Positions 13,374-25,999 are shown, counted from the first letter of the stretch. The stretch is 64,000 nucleotides of DNA from Albugo candida (GCA_040437565.1 JBDOQK010000041.1:1-64000), one strand, 5' to 3'. Translations and numbers: made by a program. Notes: generated by a model from the sequence alone, not told the origin.

Positions 13374-13491
13374 GAACTTCTTGTATATATTGTCGATTAT
13401 TGAGTGTTTCGTAATTACTGCCACCTTCCACACTTTAGGATCTCAAGCTTTTTGATCAAGATGAATGCTCCAGGTCACGACGTCTTCTAGT

Positions 13492-14427
13492 CTAATGAAG
13501 GGAAACCAAACAAGTGTGAGAAATCAAAACCTGAGTTTCAGATTCAGCTACACGCACCATCCTGATCTTATTCAGTCGTCCAAGATGACTCCGTGTGTAC
13601 CTCGCTAAAAGGAAAATGGCAGCGACTGTCAGCAACGTGCCGACAATGATAATTGTCCATTCCCGGAACAAGCTTTGTGAATTCCGCTTTTTGAATATGT
13701 CGATAGTCTCGGCCCCTGCGGTAGCCCATAATGCCGAGTGCGGAATACCTGTGATAAAAGTGGAGATGGCAAATCGTGACCAGGCAATTTCTGTAATTGC
13801 GAGTCCGTAACACTTGATGACATTGGGAATGCTCGATAATTGAAACATGAGGAGCGGTTTCCAATCCGATCCTTGTAATGTCTGTGACAATGCAAGAAAT
13901 GTGGGATAATTAGCTTCCAAATATCGGCCAGCACTATCTCGACCGTAATATCTCCCCAAGGTAAATGCTAAAATTGAACCAAGAGTTTTCCCTATCAAGC
14001 TGATGAGCATTCCGATGAGCTTTCCAAATATGTAACCAGCAAGCATTTCCAACAAGGAAGATGGAAGGCAGAGAGGGACGGAAATTATCAAGCTGAGGGG
14101 CAGGATGATAAATCCACCAAGTACTTTGTGCTGTCCTAACCAATATGTAATTGTACCTGCAAAGGTAGCAATTGGTAGATGCAAATATACGATTATCAAT
14201 ACGCCAGCGGTAAGCAGCACTACTAGCATGCGACGCATAAATCTCGATATGGGTATACTGCGCGTATTGGCGCCGCAATCATCTTTTCGACTTAGTACGC
14301 ATGAGGCATCCTTGTCGAGTGAGAACATGATTTGATGGTTCACCATTGCGATACTATCCGTTCCAGTGCAACTTTCGCTCAAAAAAAGATGTGAGTCAGA
14401 CACTTTCACATCATCTGCATCAAGCAT
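13492..14427 (-). CDS. VTT / SNARE-associated Golgi (TVP38/TMEM64-like) membrane protein; start codon uncertain
   Basis: Hydrophobic helices with LPSSLLEMLAGYIFG...GKTLGSILAFTLGRY and SSIPNVIKCYGLAITEIAWSRF motifs of the DedA/VTT family. First in-frame ATG is at 14427. Confidence 0.85.
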   Translation of the reverse strand: MLDADDVKVSDSHLFLSESCTGTDSIAMVNHQIMFSLDKDASCVLSRKDDCGANTRSIPISRFMRRMLVVLLTAGVLIIVYLHLPIATFAGTITYWLGQHKVLGGFIILPLSLIISVPLCLPSSLLEMLAGYIFGKLIGMLISLIGKTLGSILAFTLGRYYGRDSAGRYLEANYPTFLALSQTLQGSDWKPLLMFQLSSIPNVIKCYGLAITEIAWSRFAISTFITGIPHSALWATAGAETIDIFKKRNSQSLFREWTIIIVGTLLTVAAIFLLARYTRSHLGRLNKIRMVRVAESETQVLISHTCLVSLH

Positions 14428-14764
14428 AATCAAAACAAACAGCCCGATCCGTCCGGTCGTAATATTGCCCACAGTTAGACTAATTATAAACTCACATAGC
14501 CAGGATCAACTCCAATAATCTCGTTACTTTGAAAAACGGAGTCATCTTGCTGTAAAAAGTCATTGACGTGGAAGTCTATAATACACGTAGTCATACTGCC
14601 GATGCTTTGTGTCACAGCATCATAGAACAGTGCACAAATTGACGCTCTAGTAGTCCGTTCACAATGTTAAGTGAGGAGTGATAATTCGCATTCTTACTCT
14701 ATTTTTACAATCTTAGTAGGTTGTCCGGTCACTCTTTTGGGGGGACAACGAGTTGCGTGTTAGG

Positions 14765-17167
14765 ATGAGCAGTTTACAAAGTAGAACAAAAGTACATTCT
14801 CGTATCAACCCATCAAATGAAGCATTAGTCGGAGCTACGTCAAAATATGAGCTGACAAGCAAGAAGGCAGTCATTCCCTTGCACAACAAGAAGAATGTAC
14901 GCCTGCAACTCGACATGACGGAGCCACGACCACAAGATATTCCTTGTCATTGGCAAGAGGATCCGATAATCGCAAAGTTAGATGATTATAACTCAGCGCA
15001 GAGAAAATCAGATTTTTATGTCAGCTGTGCCACAACAGTTGCTCAAGTGGTAGATTTGGTCGCAACCACAGGGATAAGAGATAAGGAGATCACCCATACG
15101 GTTCCAAGGAAAGTAAATTTGACCTGCGAAAGAAGACTGGGGCAGGATACACATTTCGAAGACGGGGTTATATTCGACGGCCCTGCCGAGATCGGTAATG
15201 ACACAAAGCGTATCAGTGACTTAGGAAGGGGGGCCGGTGGGTTTGTCTCACTAGCACTATACCTCCCTTTACTTAAGCTCGTTGCAGTTAAAGAAATTAC
15301 TATTCGTAATGCGCAAGAGCGCGAAATGGTCAAGAATGAACTTCATGCCTTACATCTGAATCTGTCTCATATGGATGCAATAACGTTCAAATCAAGAGTC
15401 CAAAAATATATGCACTTTGGTCGAGAGTTAGGCACCTACCGCTCAGAGGAGGATAAATCACCATTTTTGGTCTCTTTTTACGGTGCCTATCTTACTCCAT
15501 CCAGAAGCTCCATTTCCATTGTAATGGATTATATGGACATGGGAAGTGTCCAGAACATGCTAGATGGACCAAATGGATTTACTCTGTCAGAAGATTTAGT
15601 CAGACATGTAGCATTTTGCTGCGTGCACGCACTGCATTCCATGCACTCGAAATCGTAAGGTCTTAGCGATTGCGTAGCATCTGAACCTCCTCTAAAATGC
15701 CTGCTCGTAGCATGGTTCACAGGGATTTGAAGCCTGCCAATATCTTGCTGAACAGGAAGGGAGAATTCAAGGCAAGATTCTTCTCAATTGCTATTCAATG
15801 CTGTTGTCAACATATTTTACGTGCAGGTTGCAGATTTCGGCTTAGCGACGACACTAACAAAGTCCATATCTTTTTGCTCCGACTTTGAAGGAACAATGAT
15901 GTACATGTCTCCAGAGCGCATTACTGGTCAGCCATACAGCTATTCTTGCGACGTGTGGTCACTTGGCGTGGTACTTTTCTGTTTGACGACTGGAAAGTAC
16001 CCATTTGATACTCAAGACCGAAAAATCCGTCTTGAGGAAGCTATTGTCAATGATCCGTTGCCTCCGCTACCGAATTCTTACTCTTCAGATTGTCGCAATT
16101 TCATCAAAGCTTTGTTACATAGAGATCCAACAAAACGGCTGACAGCGAAAGAAGCGTTGAATCACCCTTTCCTTGCATCATATAGCATTGGTAATCATCA
16201 GTGGGTGCGTTTCATCGAACTTTGGCAAATGAGAACTTGTGAGGCACATTTAGATGAAGTAAGTATCAGAACTATCGCCCGAGTCATCAGAGATGAATCA
16301 GCACAAGTATCAAGCGCGTTGCGTCCGTCTAAACAGCATGGCCCTGACTCGAAAAGTCCGTCTAAACAGCATGGCCCTGACTCGAAAAATTTGTCAATAC
16401 CATGTTGCAGAAGCAAACCATATCGGGCAAAGTCTTTTTTCCAGCAACTTGCAGAGTCGTGTGGTGTTCCCATTCAGCGTTTACACGACCTNNNNNNNNN
16501 NNNNNNNNNNNNNNNNNNNNNNNNNNNNNNNNNNNNNNNNNNNNNNNNNNNNNNNNNNNNNNNNNNNNNNNNNNNNNNNNNNNNNNNNNNNGTGTGGTCA
16601 CTTGGCGTGGTACTTTTCTGTTTGACGACTGGAAAGTACCCATTTGATACTCAAGACGGATTTTTCGGTCTTGAGGAAGCTATTGTCAATGATCCGTTGC
16701 CTCCGCTACCGAATTCTTACTCTTCAGATTGTCGCAATTTCATCAAAGCTTTGTTACATAGAGATCCAACAAAACGGCTGACAGCGAAAGAAGCGTTGAA
16801 TCACCCTTTCCTTGCATCATATAGCATTGGTAATCATCAGTGGGTGCGTTTCATCGAACTTTGGCAAATGAGAACTTGTGAGGCACATTTAGATGAAGTA
16901 AGTATCAGAACTATCGCCCGAGTCATCAGAGATGAATCAGCACAAGTATCAAGCGCGTTGCGTCCGTCTAAACAGCATGGCCCTGACTCGAAAAGTCCGT
17001 CTAAACAGCATGGCCCTGACTCGAAAAATTTGTCAATACCATGTTGCAGAAGCAAACCATATCGGGCAAAGTCTTTTTTCCAGCAACTTGCAGAGTCGTG
17101 TGGTGTTCCCATTCAGCGTTTACACGACCTAATCCAGGAGGTCAACGATCCAGCTAAAGACTTTTAG
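14765..17167 (+). CDS. MAP kinase kinase (STE7/MAP2K family); introns 15655-15710 (GT-AG) and 15772-15826 (GC-AG); last exon partly duplicated across gap 16492-16591
   Basis: LGRGAGGFV, VAVK, NEL, FYGAY, MDYMDMGS, HRDLKPANILL, DFG, GTMMYMSPERI, DVWSLG, LPPLP...DPTKRLTAKEALNHPF. Confidence 0.9.
16323..16388 (+). repeat. In-frame 33-bp tandem duplication (PSKQHGPDSK twice) in the kinase C-terminal tail; also present in the second exon copy
   Basis: gtccgtctaaacagcatggccctgactcgaaaa occurs twice head-to-tail. Confidence 0.95.
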
Positions 17168-17348
17168 AAGCTTTCTTTTCACTTCATAGCAACAGATCAT
17201 TTTATAAGTATACGCACTGATTTACAGATTAGTAAAATGCGCGACCAAATACGTCAACATAGGTGATTCGATGACAGTATCATGGAGTCGCTGATATGGT
17301 GATTCCAATAACTTTGTCACAACTGAAACATACGACTATATCTCTCGC

Positions 17349-19599
17349 TTACAATGACCCGTACGCGCGACTTTCTTCCTTCTTGAGCCTCAGATTCTGT
17401 TCTTCTGATTCTAAAACTTGATCAGAGGCTTGCTTTTTGCCGCTACTTGGCTTGTTCCAGTATTTCATGTGGATCACTGCTGCTGCTCCTAGAATAGCTG
17501 CAAGTGAAGGAAGAATGCAGAAAACCTTCCGCAAGAGATCAGAGTCTTTGTGGGGAAAATACTCGGTTTCTTCTCGTTTATTCTGAATCAGTAAAATCGC
17601 AATTCCGTTGCTGACTTTATCAGTGAAGCTCATTGCACCATATACAAATGCACCGCTTTCTACGTTTGTACCAACAAGATCTCCTTCCAAGCAAACTGAA
17701 CAAACCATGAGAACTGAGTTGCCAATTCCCAAGATAACTGATACCAAGTAGATCCACTTGGCTGACGCAGGGCCCAGGAAGTAGCTNNNNNNNNNNNNNN
17801 NNNNNNNNNNNNNNNNNNNNNNNNNNNNNNNNNNNNNNNNNNNNNNNNNNNNNNNNNNNNNNNNNNNNNNNNNNNNNNNNNNNNNNTTGCTGACTTTATC
17901 AGTGAAGCTCATTGCACCATATACAAATGCACCGCTTTCTACGTTTGTACCAACAAGATCTCCTTCCAAGCAAACTGAACAAACCATGAGAACTGAGTTG
18001 CCAATTCCCAAGATAACTGATACCAAGTAGATCCACTTGGCTGACGCAGGGCCCAGGAAGTAGCTTAATGTGAGAGCTATGACTATCAGGGTAGACCCAA
18101 CATTGAATGATCCTGCTCGACCCAATTTTTGATTGAGTGGACGTATGGTGATAGTCGCTAGAAAACCTGAAAGGTACACTAGTAAGGGGACTAACGCAAT
18201 ACTTGTTGCATCCATATGCAGCGTCACAATCAAATATAATGGAATGTAGACTTGTGTCATGTTGANNNNNNNNNNNNNNNNNNNNNNNNNNNNNNNNNNN
18301 NNNNNNNNNNNNNNNNNNNNNNNNNNNNNNNNNNNNNNNNNNNNNNNNNNNNNNNNNNNNNNNNNGACGTATGGTGATAGTCGCTAGAAAACCTGAAAGG
18401 TACACTAGTAAGGGGACTAACGCAATACTTGTTGCATCCATATGCAGCGTCACAATCAAATATAATGGAATGTAGACTTGTGTCATGTTGACGACCAGCC
18501 TTGTGCACATATAGGCAAGTCCGACTTCGTAGAACATTGGCAGGTAAAACCAATCGCTCCACTTCATTTTTATCGATTTTTGGTGGATGCTGGTCTCCCT
18601 ATATCCGCATCGCAAGGACGTGCCCGGTTTAACACACAATTGCTCCAGGGCTAGCATAGGTTGTGTGGTATTTGTGTCGAATTCATGTTGGCTGGATAAA
18701 TCATCCGAGTTCTGGTCACTAGGATCACTAATGTTATCACCAGCTGTTCTCTCTGTGGTTCCAATCAAGAAAAAAAGGATGCATATCCCTCCAGCACACA
18801 AAGACACATAGGCCAAATGAGTGAATTTACTTGCGTTGGGAACGTTGTAAGGATGTTCAGCATGAAGCAACAGATAGAAGACACCAAATACGAGTACGTT
18901 GGACAGTATAGTGAAGGCATATCGAGTGCTGCTCAAGATGCAGCGCACGTTGTTGTCTTCCGAAAGCTCAGGGGCCTAATTTTAGCAATAATCAATACAA
19001 GATACTGCAGTCAGCCCAATAACAACGCACCATAGCCATGTGAGAGACTTGTACCGCCGCCCATCCGCAATTGAAAAGACTTGCTGTGACACTATAGTAA
19101 GTGACCAAGACCAAGCGGCTCGGTTGGGTGTAGAACCAGCATGGCGCACACGTCGCAAAGACAAAGAAGAAGCACAACAAAACACAAATTGCCCCAAGCG
19201 CGATGCAGAATTTACGTTTTTCTAATCCAAAAGATGGCAACCCTTCTGTGTGGTCCGAAATTATTCCAACCAACGGGGTAGCAACACCGTCCGCAATTTG
19301 TCCAGAAAACATTACTATCGCCGAATCAACTGGCGATAGATGGACAACCTTCATGAACACATGTACTTGACTCATACTTCACGATAACTAAGAGCAGCAC
19401 GTACTTCACGCAAAAAGACCAAAAGGTATGAAAACCAAGTGGAAGCACACATGTCATTGAGGACATGACCGACTCCGTAGGCGAGGTATCGTTTTACCGT
19501 CCATTGCTCAGAATGAGTAGATCGTTTTTCCTTCGTTGGTTCTTGTCTCGAATTTGCGTCGATCTGCGGCGTCTGCAGCACATGGTCGATATTATTCAT
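17349..19599 (-). CDS. MFS/GPH-family transporter (MFSD12-like), spliced; interrupted by two gaps with duplicated flanks
   Basis: [77 protein letters not shown] are characteristic MFSD12 motifs. Confidence 0.9.
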
Positions 19600-20999
19600 A
19601 ACGTTGCAATATCCTAATATCAGACACGATCCTTTTTTTAGAGGTTCAGTATGCAAAAAAATCGAGCAAGTCAGTTGCGGATGAAATCGATATACACCTG
19701 ACGACCAATCACTGGAAGCTCATAAAACCTAGAAAGAAATGACACATGACAGTAATCACCGACAATAAGTCATATGGACCGGTTACACGTTGGTATCCGA
19801 TTCTCGTGCGCTTTGACTGGAATAGACGTCGAATTGGAAGACAGTAATGCTTGCAGAAGAAAACATTTCAGTGAGAATTCTGAAGAGCTTGAGACTCAGG
19901 ATTACAACCTGCTGCTTTTTTACCTGAGGTAATTATTGCAGCATGCCTGCATTAGTATACGGACATCGGGTTAGATGCTGTACGCTGTCTTGCACCTTTG
20001 AAGTTCTCAGGTTATTCACTACACGGCTTAGTGCCTTTGGCACACAGGATTCCGTCAATAATGGTCGAAATAATCATCGAGGCACGTCAGACACGGTATC
20101 AGTCACTTCTAGTATACAGAACTTACAAAAAGAGTACAGAGGACTTGACGCACTATCAAATGGGTGATATAAAATCTGTAGAGTTGCTTTCACCAGTGAG
20201 TTGCACGAATTTCAGCAAGTAACAGAAATGCTACCTGGCTTTACTCCATATGACCTTGAAAGCGGTATTTACCAATGCTAGATTAGAATCGTTAACGCTG
20301 GACGCACAGATCGTTGCGGGGCTCAATTCCGGCCAGTCTTTTGGGACATGAAAGCAATATTGATACGTCCCATCAGAATAGGCTTTGTCGTGAACTAATG
20401 TCTGCGATGATAGATATGATTTTTCTGCCTAGGTCACAAGATCTACCGCAGTTTGTTGCAGGCCACCCGCTTAAGCTTTGACTCAGTTTTGTTCTATAGA
20501 AAGCTCTTCGACCAGAAATGTAAAACTTTCTTAGATGAAGGAGACTATCACGAGGCTTGAGTCATATCTCTATGCGAAGTTACGTCATACATTGATTATA
20601 AATGTATATTTTCTACGTCAATACTACCCTCACCAGGGACAACTGATCATCACACCTCCATTATTGAGTTCTAGTACCTCTTTTGGCAAATAACCATTGC
20701 CTTCTACCAGCTACCTTCATACGGCACCACCCGTGATTCTTTTAGCACATAGTTGAAGACCAACTTTGCTTGGAAATCATTCTTTGGGCTGAATTGACCA
20801 AGCTAATGAGTCACAAGGCTGAAAGGGTTTGAGTAAATGAGTGATTGCGATTGTAATATGTAAAGATGTTATTATTAGGTACAATGCAATATCTGCAGTC
20901 TAATTGTATAGGGAGAAGTCCTTATAGCACTAGTGCAGCATTCACCTTGATAGGCCTGAGAAAGCGCATCTGCATATAAATTTGTCCTGTCTTCAGTCA

Positions 21000-23070
21000 C
21001 TCACCGTTTTAAGGTGTCTTTCGATTATGTACCACAATAGATCATACCGTCGCTATGGTCATATCAGCGCTTGTAGTTTTTCATTGTGCCGTTGGACTGA
21101 TATGAAATTGTAGCTTACTTTCAAAATGCATGTGATCCTGGTACTCAGAACCCCAAACAGTCAACAGCTAGACGCTTTTCGGACCAATTGTAAAACTGTG
21201 ATAGACAAAACCGTCTAACGAGATCCAATTTAGCACAATACAATTTAGATCAAATGACGGCATATCATCCAAGATAACGATCACACACGTATATCGCCTC
21301 GTGGATGGATGGAGCACGCAACAATGTTCTAAACACTGAATTAAGTGACTTGAGTGCGCGATAATTTTGAAAGAGCCCTCCCAGTATATAGAAGAGTTTG
21401 TACGTTTGGAAAGGAACGCCATACTCTTTCACAATGAAGTTCCGTACACAGAGTGCATGTCTCAGTACCTGGTCGATAAATGAATACAAAGACAATGAAA
21501 GATATGATTGAATGGCTACAAATGCATGGCAACCCTTCACATGATTATTTGAGCCGTGTCATATGAATACGATGCCCACCATTGGAATTTTGCGAAGGAG
21601 AATTCCGAAAGCTTCAGACCTTTTCTCTCAGTTTTTCTGAACATTAGAGATTCACAAAAAGTAGTTATACTTGGCCGCTCGCTCGGATGGGATTTATTTC
21701 GATACATCGGCAATTGTAGGTACCAAAGTGAGCTTGCCTACGGATTCTCCATTCTCATGTGATGATGTTCATTCTATAGAAAGTAACCAATCCGTCTACT
21801 TCTTTATTCGCATGACAAACAATACCATTCAACTCGTTTCTGCATTTACGTATCGGCGACCGAGTCCAGTACATCCGATATGTGGTCGTTTAGACTAATA
21901 GCTGTCTACTCCTCGTCAAAACGATCAGGTGAAGCCACTACAATTGTAGCGGGCTCAGGCACTTTGCATGACCTTACCACGTCTTCATCCTCAAGTTCTT
22001 AAATGATTCGTATCGATTACTTTTATTGCTGTAAGAATGTAGCATGACGGCGGGATTGAAGAGATGTCACAGAGATTGGCATGAGGCAAGAATTCTTGGC
22101 CTGACAACTAACATCGATCAATTGCGTTGAGATACGCCTTGTTGCTGCTTCACGAAATGATGGAGCAAGAAAGTCCAGGACAATATTGTCCACTTGATTA
22201 TATCCTCCTCCGTGCCTGTTTGCAAAGCCGCAACTTGAAGATAGCTCAGTCAGGTCCTGAGAAGCCCGCAGGGATGTAACTGTAAGGGACAAAGAGAAAA
22301 GATGCTCCTTTTTGGACCTCCTCCAAGACTTTAGGCCCATTATGAGATTGTCCCCGTCTACAGCATGCGTTAGATCGTTTTTTTGTTTTATTTCGGCGAC
22401 ATGACGGAACAACCTTCTTCCAATATTAGCTCAGTATTATACTTCGGCTTGTAGGTAAAGAGTAGCGAATTTTACAATCGGTCGTCACTGCAACCGAGAT
22501 TTTTTGGAATTTCTTGGCTCAACTAGCAACATCTTATGTTACGGGGCACGCTTTTAGAAAAATGCGACGCTTGATCGNNNNNNNNNNNNNNNNNNNNNNN
22601 NNNNNNNNNNNNNNNNNNNNNNNNNNNNNNNNNNNNNNNNNNNNNNNNNNNNNNNNNNNNNNNNNNNNNNNNNNNNNCAACATCTTATGTTACGGGGCAC
22701 GCTTTTAGAAAAATGCGACGCTTGATCGAACCCCATTCTATTTTTTCACTACCCCAAGCGAGCAGATACAAATGATCGAAGATCTTATCTCGAATGTACG
22801 GAGCGATAAGAGCACTTTTTGTGATCGCGTCAAGTACCATTATGGTTTGCATATGACGAAAACATTCCTAGGTGCCACCAAATCTTCCAGAATCACCTCT
22901 CGCAGCGAGCGTATCGGAAGTGCAAAGTCGATGCTAGAACTACGTTAGTTTCTTGTATCGTTAGTGTCGATAATTCTCCAGCATCGAGCGATCGTGCACT
23001 AGCACAAATTCCATGTCAAGAACGTACGAATTGTATACCTTTTTTGTGAATATAAAATGAGAATAATGAC
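21000..23070 (+). mobile_element. Probable decayed hAT-type transposase remnant (boundaries approximate)
   Basis: Collinear fragments: VDGWS at 21301-21315, DAHHWNFAKE (cf. CxAHxLNL) near 21570, RIVYLFVNIK (hAT dimerisation-like) at 23027-23056. Many stops; no TIR identified. Confidence 0.35.
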
Positions 23071-23546
23071 AAATACGCGCAGACCATGCACTAGAAATAA
23101 ATGGCATGTAAATGAAAATTACAATGCGGAAGGTTACTGAACGAGCCGATTTGTGATGACGCTGCTCCTAAGAGCCGGAGTGCTGGAGTAAATTGGTGAG
23201 GGCGAAAACACACCGTCCGTTCGTTCGGCTTGACGTTGTCATGCTGGTGGTGGGCTGGCATCTCTTGATCGCAGGCCAAAAGACCAGAAATTCAAAGTCT
23301 GAGCTCACATGTCTGGTCCTCATTCCTATGCATTCATCCTTCGCATGTCTTCATACATAGACTGCACATGAAAAGGATATAGCCTCGACGACAACAGGTC
23401 CTATCGTCTTGCCATAGTTTGATGATTCGATTTTACAGTTGAGCCTCTCCATAAACTCAAACTAAGATCTCAAGAGTCTTTTTGCGACCTTGGAGCTCCA
23501 GAGGAATGTAGACGCAAGAAACGTGTGCGGAATGTCACCACAGATA

Positions 23547-24740
23547 TGTTCGATATAGACTCGCGCTGTGATAAAAAGGATACTATGTTTAGGTTATTCA
23601 TTCCTCCAGATCACAAACTTTCATGATGCTAAAAGTTCCTCACCAATTAATCGGTTAGTTGTAGCCCTAACGCCTTGTCTATCCTCTGCAGATACCAAAA
23701 ACAAAAGGCTGTGTCATCAGTCGCATCCCGAACCGTTTCGTGTGCCGGTTCTCCACCTCGGCTACAACTCTACCGCTTTGCATATGTGATCGTTTTACCT
23801 CTTCATTTGGTCCGAGGTTCACCAACTCGCACAGCCAAGCGAGCTCTGCCGCGTCCACAGCCTTCGTCATTAGGTCTACAAGTTGCGATTCAGACCGCAC
23901 GTACTTCGCTGATATAACTACACGTTTCGCGTAGTCACGCACAAACTTGAGGTGCACGTCGATGTGTTTCGCCTTCAGGGACGATGTTTCGCAGTCTAGT
24001 TGCTTGAATGCGGATTCGTTGTCCACGTGCACCGTCATAGGCAGTCCGGGCGCTATCCCAATTTCACATAGCATTTCTCGAATGCCAAGCAGCTCGCGCG
24101 CCTGTTCTGACACGGCGACAAACTCTGCTTCCATTGTGTAGAACGAGACGCCACCTTGCTTCTTGGCCTTCCAGCTTGCTGCCATTCCGTTTAAGAGGAT
24201 CACCCCACCACTTAGCGACTTACGATCCGCCTTGTCGGCAGCAAAATCCGCATCCGAGTAGGACTCAGAAGTCACCGTCATGCCCGCGCTCTTCTTTGGG
24301 GTCATGCGCAGCTGGTAACCACGTGTACCCTTGCGGTATCGCGCAATGCGCTTGGCAAGTTTCTAATCTTGGATGCATGGCTGATGCGCCTGGCGCTTCG
24401 CCTCATGGACGGCGAAGGTAATGTCTGGCCGCGTACAGCACGCCACGAACAATAAAAACCCAACAAGATATCGAAGACTCTGGATGCTTGGGCCATCGCC
24501 GTCTGCTGCGATCAGCAGCGCGCTGTCTGCCGATGGAACTTCGTAACAGCCAAACCCAATAGGAGTTCGGGTAAAATTCGCGTCTCCGAGCCCGTTCTCT
24601 CTCAAAAGATCGTCGATGGCACCTTCCTGGGCGACTACGTAGCTTTCATCGTCGTCAACAGCTACTCGCATTCCCAAAAATTTTCTTACGGCGCCTAAGT
24701 TCTTGATTGACAGGATGCCAAGACTCCCAAAAAATGGTCA
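23547..24740 (-). mobile_element. Ty1/copia element A: 3' LTR (~23547-23752) plus RNase H and RT C-terminus; left half of the element completed at 37740-41002
   Basis: YSDADFAADKADRKSLSG, TMEAEFVA, KAKHIDV, CTRPDITFAV. LTR starts tgttcgatatagac and is preceded by AGATA. Confidence 0.93.
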
Positions 24741-25327
24741 ACAGCTACTCGCATTCCCAAAAATTTTCTTACGGCGCCTAAGTTCTTGATTGACAGGATG
24801 CCAAGACTCCCAAAAAATGGTCAACAGCTACTCGCATTCCCAAAAATTTTCTTACGGCGCCTAAGTTCTTGATTGACAGGATGCCAAGACTCCCAAAAAA
24901 TGGTCAACAGCTACTCGCATTCCCAAAAATTTTCTTACGGCGCCTAAGTTCTTGATTGACAGGATGCCAAGACTCCCAAAAAATGGTCAACAGCTACTCG
25001 CATTCCCAAAAATTTTCTTACGGCGCCTAAGTTCTTGATTGACAGGATGCCAAGACTCCCAAAAAATGGTCAACAGCTACTCGCATTCCCAAAAATTTTC
25101 TTACGGCGCCTAAGTTCTTGATTGACAGGATGCCAAGACTCCCAAAAAATGGTCAACAGCTACTCGCATTCCCAAAAATTTTCTTACGGCGCCTAAGTTC
25201 TTGATTGACAGGATGCCAAGACTCCCAAAAAATGGTCAACAGCTACTCGCATTCCCAAAAATTTTCTTACGGCGCCTAAGTTCTTGATTGACAGGATGCC
25301 AAGACTCCCAAAAAATGGTCAACAGCT
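24654..25327. repeat. Perfect 83-bp tandem array (8 copies + 10 bp) of copia RT sequence running into a gap
   Basis: Unit gtcaacagctactcgc...ctcccaaaaaatg starts at 24654, 24737, 24820 ... 25318. No differences seen between copies. Confidence 0.95.
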
Positions 25328-25999
25328 NNNNNNNNNNNNNNNNNNNNNNNNNNNNNNNNNNNNNNNNNNNNNNNNNNNNNNNNNNNNNNNNNNNNNNNNN
25401 NNNNNNNNNNNNNNNNNNNNNNNNNNNAGCACTGAGAAGCTCATTGAGACCAATCAGAATCCTTCGAAAAGCTCAGAATTTGCCTCAGATCAAATTGCTA
25501 TCATCAGTCGAACGCTAACATAGAGTCTTTTTGTCAACAGTATACGCAATAAGGAAAGCCATGGGATGCTAGAAACAATGCTAATGTCTTGGCTGTCGTT
25601 ACACAATTGCAGAAAGTCATATGTTTGCTTTATAGAGTACTGGTGGGGAGAAGGAGCAAATACAAACCATGCAAAATCATCCGCAGATATGGCTTCAGAT
25701 CACTCCACCTCTATACCCCAATCGGTATCGACTCACTTGATACGAAAAGTAGTCAAGTGTTTCAGTACGACAAGTTCCAAACTTGATCTCGATGCACCTC
25801 CTCGTTTCCGATACGTTTCTCAAGGAAATTATAGAGACGTGATCAGTGTTGTGGAACGATCTTTCAAGCCAGCGGCCGAGGAGCCAAATGGAACGTTAGT
25901 ATATCACCGTAAGAATTATATGCATTTGGCGTCGTAAAATCCGGATAAAAGCTTGACACATACAGTGAATGAAGATCGATTAGCGGATACAAAATGTAG

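Noticed and set aside
4315..14335. Numerous antisense/overlapping short ORFs within RPL17, AP4E1, FYVE-GAF and VTT genes
   Set aside because: Shadow ORFs with no recognisable motifs.
24654..25327. CRISPR-like array
   Set aside because: No variable spacers; the unit is copia RT sequence; eukaryotic context with no cas genes.
25566..25937. CHxC/CCG-type secreted effector (…CRKSYVCFIEYWWG…)
   Set aside because: No convincing signal peptide and the CxxCxxxxxG spacing is not met; could only be a decayed copy.
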